Below, one piece after another: positions 57,825 through 64,000 of a stretch of 64,000 bases of DNA. The position numbers and the translations under genes were made by a program. The first letter of the stretch is position 1. Every line of letters begins with the position of its first letter. The DNA is taken from positions 10,226 through 74,225 of the forward strand of contig JAMDDE010000015.1 of NCBI GenBank assembly GCA_023489235.1, in the 5' to 3' direction. Below the pieces are notes generated by a model, which had not been told where the DNA came from, made no database searches, and saw nothing but the letters and a program-made list of their open reading frames with translations. The DNA comes from Actinomycetota bacterium. GTDB lineage: Bacteria > Actinomycetota > Acidimicrobiia > Acidimicrobiales > JAMDDE01.

Positions 57825-58848
57825 CCATCTCGCTAAGCACCTTGGCAGCAGCTTGAACTATGGGTAGTGCCAAGCAAGCACCGGATCCCTCTCCTAGCCT
57901 CATCTCCAGATCTAGCAGAGGCTCTTTTCCCAGATATTGCAGGGCAGCAGAGGAGCCTGGCTCTTTCGACCTGTGCCCAGCAATCAAGTACCCTGAGCAA
58001 AGCGGAGCTAAACCAACAGAGACCAAGGCAGCTGCTTGAGCTATCACCCCATCCAGGACAACTGGGACTCGTACGGCTGCACCCCCAAGGATGAAGCCAG
58101 CTAAAGCGGCAATTTCCAAACCACCCAACGAAGCCAACAACTCAAGAGGGGTGCTGGCGCCCTCTGAGCGACTTCGATTCAATGCCTGCTCAACAACTGA
58201 CACCTTCCTCTTGAGTACCTCATCGCTAATCCCCGTGCCACGACCGGTTACATCAACTGCATCAAGCCCGGTAAAGGCTGCTATCAATGCTGCCGAAGGC
58301 GTGGTATTCCCTATCCCCATATCTCCAGTGATCAAACATGCAGCACCTTGATCAACTAGTTCGTAAGCTACTTCAACACCTATATCTAGACACATGGCTG
58401 CCTGCTCGATGGTCATAGCTGGCTCACATGCAATATTGCCGCTTCCCTTGGCGACCTTGGCTAACCGCAGTCCTGGTCGAGGAGGGAGATCCTGAGCCAC
58501 CCCCACATCCACCACTAGAACTTGAGCACCAAAAAAATTTGCCAGTACCGACACTCCTGCTCCTCCTGCACAGAAGTTGTCAACCATCTGGGCGGTAACC
58601 TCCTGAGGCCACGGCGACACCCCTTCTTTTAGTACCCCGTGATCTCCAGCGAATACAGCTACAGAGGCTGGATGAGGTAGTGGAGGGGGACATCTACGAG
58701 CTATGCCAGCTAGTTGAATACCAATAAGCTCTAACCTGCCCAGTGCTCCTGGAGGCTTGGTCAATTTGTCCTGTCGATCCTTTGCAGCAACTACAGCTTG
58801 ATCATCCAAAGGCTCTATCTTCTCGATAGCACTTTCAAAAGCTCTCAT
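57784..58848 (-). CDS. cobT: Nicotinate-nucleotide--dimethylbenzimidazole phosphoribosyltransferase
   Basis: 354-aa ORF with KPPGALGRLE, GDMGIGNTT and LRLGEGSGA motifs. Confidence 0.93.
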   Translation of the reverse strand: MRAFESAIEKIEPLDDQAVVAAKDRQDKLTKPPGALGRLELIGIQLAGIARRCPPPLPHPASVAVFAGDHGVLKEGVSPWPQEVTAQMVDNFCAGGAGVSVLANFFGAQVLVVDVGVAQDLPPRPGLRLAKVAKGSGNIACEPAMTIEQAAMCLDIGVEVAYELVDQGAACLITGDMGIGNTTPSAALIAAFTGLDAVDVTGRGTGISDEVLKRKVSVVEQALNRSRSEGASTPLELLASLGGLEIAALAGFILGGAAVRVPVVLDGVIAQAAALVSVGLAPLCSGYLIAGHRSKEPGSSAALQYLGKEPLLDLEMRLGEGSGACLALPIVQAAAKVLSEMATFEDAEVSTPIS

Positions 58849-59020
58849 TCATCACCTCGAATAGTCACAAGCATAGGCTATGGCTTGCTTCTTCCAAACC
58901 TTGGCCAAAGCTGTTGTTCCCCTAAAGACTACATGAAGAGAGCGTTGTTAACCGATAAGACAGCGAGGGCAACACGTCGGAATCCCCTGGCTTATATCCA
59001 TGGGGAGGATGTCAACTCCC

Positions 59021-59713
59021 CTAGTCCTCCTGCAACTTGGAGAGCAAAGCTGTGTCAGTCTTTCCAGTCGATGGCTGCTTCAAGCTATTTGAAAAATCGA
59101 TCGTACCTGTTTCGAAAATATCCTGGGTAGTCCCGGGAAAGGGCTGAGACAACTGTGATACTGCCATCTCGGACAGAGAGCCAAGCGAAGGAACAAGCTC
59201 TTCATCTTCAGCAGGAGAGATAATTCCAATCCCCTCTCCTCCCTGACCAAATAGTACTCGGTTGTAGATAATAAACTTGCCCATCCAAATCATCGCAAAG
59301 GCAGCAAAGTTAGCTGCATTGACCATAACTGCCACTTCAAGATGGGAGGAGGTTATTAGAGGTCCGTAGTGTTGGACCAATCCCACTGTAACCATGGATA
59401 GTCCCATGCCTGCGAAGGCGAGAACCCAAAAGGGTAGCACCTCGCGACCTAAATGCGAACGCCCCCTCTTGCCCCATGCCCAGTTCCTATTCAAATAGTA
59501 AGAAGGAACAACTGCTACTGCATTAGCGAACACGTTCGAGTCAACGGCTGACCAAAGCCTCAGTACTCCAAAGGTGAGAAAAAGAACCCCTTGAGATACT
59601 CCGGTGGAAATTACCGAAGACAAAGCGTAACGTACTAGTTTTTTCCCTGAGGGCGTCCGGTACCACTCCAATAGATCTCGTGGACGTAAACTCCTCGGAC
59701 GATTGTATCTCAT
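59021..59713 (-). CDS. GtrA-family membrane protein with acidic C-terminal extension
   Basis: 230-aa ORF with KLVRYALSSVISTGVSQGVLFL and NRNWAWG motifs and four helices. A soluble tail of about 70 aa follows. Confidence 0.75.
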   Translation of the reverse strand: MRYNRPRSLRPRDLLEWYRTPSGKKLVRYALSSVISTGVSQGVLFLTFGVLRLWSAVDSNVFANAVAVVPSYYLNRNWAWGKRGRSHLGREVLPFWVLAFAGMGLSMVTVGLVQHYGPLITSSHLEVAVMVNAANFAAFAMIWMGKFIIYNRVLFGQGGEGIGIISPAEDEELVPSLGSLSEMAVSQLSQPFPGTTQDIFETGTIDFSNSLKQPSTGKTDTALLSKLQED

Positions 59714-59961
59714 ACAATGTAACGCTATCGTAACGAGAGGTCAATAGCCAATCACGCCATGTTCAGCTGAGGTTAGAGCATCGGTACTGGGACCTCAGAA
59801 CAAGCTCCGAGATACCCAGTACCGACAACCCATCAACAGCCATGTACATATGGCATACACTCATCTGTCATGTAGACCTCCAGGTATGTACGCCTCTATA
59901 TACATGCATGCCAAGGGCACGCTTGACGATGGCAGACATACAGTGGGCATCCTCTGCAACC

Positions 59962-59985
59962 GGTATGTACATCCTTGTACATACC
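59962..59985 (-). terminator. Hairpin 52 nt downstream of gltA (possible terminator, no U-tract)
   Basis: GGTATGTACA-TCCT-TGTACATACC forms a perfect 10-bp stem. Confidence 0.3.
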
Positions 59986-60036
59986 AAGAATCCTTGCAGG
60001 TGCCACCGTTCAGCTATCACCCATCTCTCCTAAGCA

Positions 60037-61314
60037 TCAAGACTGACGCTTGTCCATAGGAACATAGTCACGCTTCTCAGGGCCAATATAGAGTTGACGT
60101 GGCCTCACGATCTTCGAGTCCTGATCGAGCATCTCTACCCATTGCGCCAACCATCCTGAGGTACGCGGGATAGCAAACAGCACAGGGAACATCTCCAATG
60201 GGAAGCCCATCGCCTGATAGATGATTCCTGAGTAGAAGTCTACGTTAGGATAGAGCTTCCTAGAAATGAAGTACTCGTCCGCCAGAGCTATCTCTTCCAG
60301 TTTCAGGGCGATATCTAGCAGCGGGTTCTTGCCAGTCACTTCAAACACTTGGTCAGCTACCTGCTTGATTATCCTGGCCCGTGGATCGTAGTTCTTGTAG
60401 ACCCGATGACCGAATCCTTGCAAACGCCCATGTCCTTGCTTCACTGAAGCAATGAAATCAGGGACGTTATCTATGGAACCAATCTCCATCAGCATGCGAA
60501 TAACTGCCTCATTGGCTCCTCCGTGACGTGGACCATAAAGTGCGGCACAAGCTGCTGATAGTGAGGAGTAAGGATCAGCATGCGAAGACCCGGCCACTCT
60601 CATAGCTGTAGTAGAACAGTTCTGCTCATGATCGGCATGGAGAATGAACAACACGTCCAAAGCATGAGCTAGTACCGGATTGGCCTCGTACCTGGGCTCA
60701 GCCGTCTTCCACATCATGGACAGGAAGTTGGAAGCAAAGTCGAGGGAGTTATCCGGATATACAAAAGGCATCCCCACGCTGAAACGATGAGCAGCAGCTG
60801 CCAAGGTGGGCATCTTGGCTATCAATCTAGTTATTTGCTTCCAGCGGGAGTCCAGGTTGAATATGTCCTTGGCGTCTTGATAAAACGTCGACAACGCCGC
60901 TACGGCCGAGACGAGCATTCCCATGGGATGGGCATCGTAGTGAAATCCCTCCAGGAATCGCTTGCGCACATTCTCGTGGATGAAGGTGTGATACGTAATA
61001 TCATGCTTCCACTGTTCGAACTGCTCAGCCGTAGGCAACTCTCCCTTCAGTAGAAGGTAAGCTACCTCCAGATAGGTCGACTGCTCAGCCAGCTGCTCAA
61101 TTGGATAGCCCCTATAACGCAATATACCTGCTCCACCGTCAAGATAGGTTATAGAGCTCTCGCACATCGCAGTGGAGAGAAGTCCAGGATCATAGAACCA
61201 GATACCAGGGAGGAGCTTTTGCCACTCGGCAGCAGACACTCCTCCGTTCAGTATAGGGATCTCCAAGGAATCGCCTGTGCGGTTATCCGTAATGGTTATG
61301 CTTTCTCTTCCCAT
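60037..61314 (-). CDS. gltA: Citrate synthase (type II)
   Basis: 425-aa ORF with LHADHEQNCST, GFGHRVYKNYDPRA and GPLHGGAN-like (GPRHGGANE) motifs. Confidence 0.95.
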   Translation of the reverse strand: MGRESITITDNRTGDSLEIPILNGGVSAAEWQKLLPGIWFYDPGLLSTAMCESSITYLDGGAGILRYRGYPIEQLAEQSTYLEVAYLLLKGELPTAEQFEQWKHDITYHTFIHENVRKRFLEGFHYDAHPMGMLVSAVAALSTFYQDAKDIFNLDSRWKQITRLIAKMPTLAAAAHRFSVGMPFVYPDNSLDFASNFLSMMWKTAEPRYEANPVLAHALDVLFILHADHEQNCSTTAMRVAGSSHADPYSSLSAACAALYGPRHGGANEAVIRMLMEIGSIDNVPDFIASVKQGHGRLQGFGHRVYKNYDPRARIIKQVADQVFEVTGKNPLLDIALKLEEIALADEYFISRKLYPNVDFYSGIIYQAMGFPLEMFPVLFAIPRTSGWLAQWVEMLDQDSKIVRPRQLYIGPEKRDYVPMDKRQS

Positions 61315-61331
61315 TGCTACCTCCTATTCAT

Positions 61332-61943
61332 TTACATGCTCTCATCGTGACCGATATTGAGCGCTTGCTCGAAACGATACCGATAGACATTGGTATCCCT
61401 ACGTTCGAAACCGATGCTCTCATAGAGAAGGTTGGCGGCTTTGCGAGATGGGCGGGAGGTGAGCTCTACTGTCACCGCTCCCGCTTCTTGAGCTAGACGA
61501 AGAGCCATTTGCACCAAGGAGGTTGCAATGCCAAACCTCCTAGCCTTGACGTCCACCACAACGTCCTCGATCCATGCTCGGGTACCAGTTGGAATCTGGC
61601 ACACTATTAAAGTTAACATTCCTACGATTGCAGTTGTTCCCGAAACAGAGTCCACCCGATTGTCATCTCTCCCTCTCCCCATATCAACTGCTTCTGTGTC
61701 AACCGCTACCAGAAGTTGTGTTGCTGGAGAAGAGATAATCCTCTCCAGCTCCCTCATGCCAAGCACGGGTGCCCTCTCCGATAACTGGGGAAGCAAGCGA
61801 GCAACTCCCTCTAGGAGATCTGGAGTTGCCTCAGACGCCACTGCCAAACGTATCCTCGAAGCAGTAGTGCTGGGAGTAGGGGCTGAATATGTCACACCAC
61901 GAACAATATACGCAATCGGCATGGATGTGCCTACCGCCACCAT
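61332..61943 (-). CDS. GNAT-family N-acetyltransferase
   Basis: 203-aa ORF. VVVDVKARRFGIATSLVQMAL is acetyl-CoA motif A (R-x-x-G-x-A). Confidence 0.8.
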   Translation of the reverse strand: MVAVGTSMPIAYIVRGVTYSAPTPSTTASRIRLAVASEATPDLLEGVARLLPQLSERAPVLGMRELERIISSPATQLLVAVDTEAVDMGRGRDDNRVDSVSGTTAIVGMLTLIVCQIPTGTRAWIEDVVVDVKARRFGIATSLVQMALRLAQEAGAVTVELTSRPSRKAANLLYESIGFERRDTNVYRYRFEQALNIGHDESM

Positions 61944-62029
61944 ACCTAATAGATGACAAGGTAAAAACAGACTGCAATGGCTTTACGCAACCCAAGATAA
62001 CCCTACGAGTATCATGAAGGAAGAGTAAG

Positions 62030-62932
62030 GTGGGACGCGACTACGGTATAGGTATGGATTACATACGGCTCATGCGAAGCCCTAAATTACGTTCTCCTAT
62101 AGTACTAGCTAGCTTTGCTGGCTGGAACGATGCAGGTGATGCAGCTGAACTAGCAGTCAAGCACTTCGCCTCTTCCTTCGGGGCTAGAGTATTCGCCGAG
62201 ATAGACCCCGATCCATTTTTTGACTTTACCGAGGCCAGGCCTACAGCGCGTATCAGCGGAGGAGTTACCGAGCAGATCAAATGGCCGTCAAATTTATTCT
62301 CTGCTGCTTCGATCCCCCGACGACGACATGACTTAGTACTCTTGCTAGGTACTGAGCCCCATCTCAGGTGGAAAAGTTTTTGTCAACAGATAGTAAGCAT
62401 GGCAGTTGGAATAAACACTAAGTTATTCGTCATGCTAGGTGCATATCTAGCTGATATCCCCCATACGCAGCCGGTACTCATAACTGGTACAGGGAGGGAC
62501 CTCAGCCTCCTGCATCGTCTGGGCATCATGCCATCCGAGTACGAAGGGCCCACAGGAATAATTGGTGTTCTCCAAGATGAGCTAGAACGTGCTGGAATTC
62601 GCTCTATATCACTATGGGCTGGAGTCCCTCATTACGTGGCCCAAAGCCCTTCGCCAAAGGCCGCACTGGCTCTGGTGGAAGTGAGTGAGAAGATATTGGA
62701 GGCAAAGACCGATATCACCCAATTGCAGGAGTTAAGCGAGGTATACACACAGAGGGTGGATGAACTGGTGGCCGCGGATGAAGAAGCTGCTGCTTACGTA
62801 GCTCAGTTGGAAGCCACAGCTATGACCTCATTGGAGGAAGAACAAGAGTTCAGGAAGAGAGTGGGTGAAGTTTCCGCAGAGCAACTAGCTGCTGAAGCAG
62901 AGAAATTCCTCCGGGACAATCCAGGACAGTAA
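62030..62932 (+). CDS. PAC2-family (proteasome-assembly-chaperone-like) protein
   Basis: 300-aa ORF. PIVLASFAGWNDAGDAA and PTGIIGVL are typical of actinobacterial PAC2 proteins. Confidence 0.8.
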   Translation: MGRDYGIGMDYIRLMRSPKLRSPIVLASFAGWNDAGDAAELAVKHFASSFGARVFAEIDPDPFFDFTEARPTARISGGVTEQIKWPSNLFSAASIPRRRHDLVLLLGTEPHLRWKSFCQQIVSMAVGINTKLFVMLGAYLADIPHTQPVLITGTGRDLSLLHRLGIMPSEYEGPTGIIGVLQDELERAGIRSISLWAGVPHYVAQSPSPKAALALVEVSEKILEAKTDITQLQELSEVYTQRVDELVAADEEAAAYVAQLEATAMTSLEEEQEFRKRVGEVSAEQLAAEAEKFLRDNPGQ

Positions 62933-62940
62933 GGGTCATC

Positions 62941-62978
62941 GTGACTTCTCTCGGCCCTTCAGGGCCGAGAGAAGTCAC
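62941..62978. terminator. Strong hairpin between convergent genes (candidate bidirectional terminator)
   Basis: Perfect 17-bp arms, GTGACTTCTCTCGGCCC and GGGCCGAGAGAAGTCAC, with a TTCA loop. It overlaps the NUDIX gene stop codon. Confidence 0.7.
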
Positions 62979-63697
62979 TGTCGCCATTCAGGGCTACGCG
63001 GTGGATCAAAGAATACCTCGGGATGGTCGCCGCGTAGGGCAGCAAAAACATACTTCCCCCATCTCTCTACACCAGCCAAAGGTGCAGGAAGATCGTCCAT
63101 GGGGAACCAGCCAACGTCACTGCACTCCAGTGGATGTGCCTTGAGCTCTCCTCCAACCTGTCTACAAGCAAAAATAAGCGAATACAGAGCTATCCCAGCA
63201 AAACCCAGTCGCAATCCATCGAGTACTGCAACAAGCCTTACCGGCTCTACAATGATCCCAGTCTCTTCAAGAACCTCTTTGGAGGCTACTTCAGAGGCAG
63301 AGTAGCCTGGGTCCGCCCAGCCAGTAGGATAGAGCCAAACTCCAGAGTCGGCCCGTTTAACCAATAGTATTTCATTGTGCTCATTAGGCACCACTGCTCC
63401 AACCGCCACCTTTGGAGTGACATAACCAGCAACACCCTCTTTGACAGTCCTAACCCACTCCTGAACAATTTCTTCCTGAGTTTGTGGACCTACGTCAAGC
63501 TCTGCATGATCATCTCTTCCGGAGTTAAAGAGAATCTCGTCAGCAGCAACTCGTATATCGGCAGCAACTTTGAGAACTTCTTCGTAACGCTCTCTTTCAT
63601 AGAGGCTCTTGGTGAAGCCAAGTCCAGTCCGAGCTATGGCAGACAGCGCCTCGCTCCAACGTAACAGTTCGGCTCTCGAAGGACCTTGGCTCATCAC
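62975..63697 (-). CDS. NUDIX hydrolase with N-terminal NUDIX-associated helical domain
   Basis: 240-aa ORF with Nudix box GWADPGYSASEVASKEVLEETGI and an N-terminal LSAIARTGLGFT...YERERYEEV domain. Confidence 0.85.
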   Translation of the reverse strand: MMSQGPSRAELLRWSEALSAIARTGLGFTKSLYERERYEEVLKVAADIRVAADEILFNSGRDDHAELDVGPQTQEEIVQEWVRTVKEGVAGYVTPKVAVGAVVPNEHNEILLVKRADSGVWLYPTGWADPGYSASEVASKEVLEETGIIVEPVRLVAVLDGLRLGFAGIALYSLIFACRQVGGELKAHPLECSDVGWFPMDDLPAPLAGVERWGKYVFAALRGDHPEVFFDPPRSPEWRQ

Positions 63698-63804
63698 AAA
63701 ACCACGCTAGCGTCTAGTTTGGCATACGACGACACTGACTACCCTGCTTATCCCGCCCTTTCCCCATATTGCCATATTACCTGTTCTCACAGGTTGCACA
63801 TGCT

Positions 63805-64000
63805 CTATGCATGTTCTCTCAGATACTTGGCATAACCGAGGTCGAAGCGCATAAGTTCCTCCAAGGAAATACCTTTCGTCACAGCAAGCGCCAAAAGATC
63901 TATGCAGCCCTCTACAACAGGAGGGCCTGCCAACTGAGCTCCTAGAATACGACTCGTACCTCTCTCCAGGAAGAGTTTGGAAAACAACCCAGATCCAATA
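63805..64000 (-). CDS. Pyridine nucleotide-disulfide oxidoreductase (Nox/CoADR family), C-terminal fragment; gene continues beyond the window
   Basis: The translation ...RILGAQLAGPPVVEGCIDLLALAVTKGISLEELMRFDLGYA resembles the dimerisation-domain end of the 22757-24127 protein. Confidence 0.6.
   Translation of the reverse strand, partial: IGSGLFSKLFLERGTSRILGAQLAGPPVVEGCIDLLALAVTKGISLEELMRFDLGYAKYLREHA

Noticed and set aside
58849-59020. Possible cobalamin riboswitch in the 172-bp leader of cobT (minus strand), because of an AGCCAGGGGATTCC stretch resembling a B12 box.
   Set aside because: The B12-box-like string sits at the extreme 5' end of the spacer. The other conserved elements (the GGGAA and GCCACTG regions) are not visible upstream of it, so there is too little support without a covariance-model search.

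Overview
The window reads as a 64-kb stretch of actinobacterial-type chromosome. GC looks moderate by eye but was not computed. Lineage markers include ctaC-ctaD-ctaF and ctaE-qcrC-qcrA-qcrB respiratory operons, a PAC2-family protein, Lnt, a candidate bL37 mini-gene and coproporphyrin-route heme genes hemE-hemH-hemY.

Most genes are housekeeping: ychF, pepN, gltA, cobT, tatA, trxA and acyP. I found no rRNA, tRNA or CRISPR array.

Regions that stand out:
1. An ABC importer operon on the minus strand (27.5-35.0 kb). A single 1408-aa ORF fuses two LivH/LivM-type permease domains to two ATPase domains. It is bracketed by two substrate-binding-protein genes that share a 1471-bp perfectly identical direct repeat but have unrelated N-terminal anchors.
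2. A CsoR/CstR-like regulator with a candidate operator. It sits next to a CoA-disulfide-reductase-family gene, a thioredoxin and a DUF302 gene.
3. A GMC oxidoreductase / unknown protein / aldehyde dehydrogenase operon containing a 28-bp G-rich tandem repeat.
4. A glycosyltransferase / methyltransferase / prenyltransferase-like cluster.
5. An orphan KdpD N-terminal/USP protein.
6. A patch of decayed IS fragments between the crotonase gene and qcrB.

All functional calls rest on motif recognition by eye. No database search was possible.
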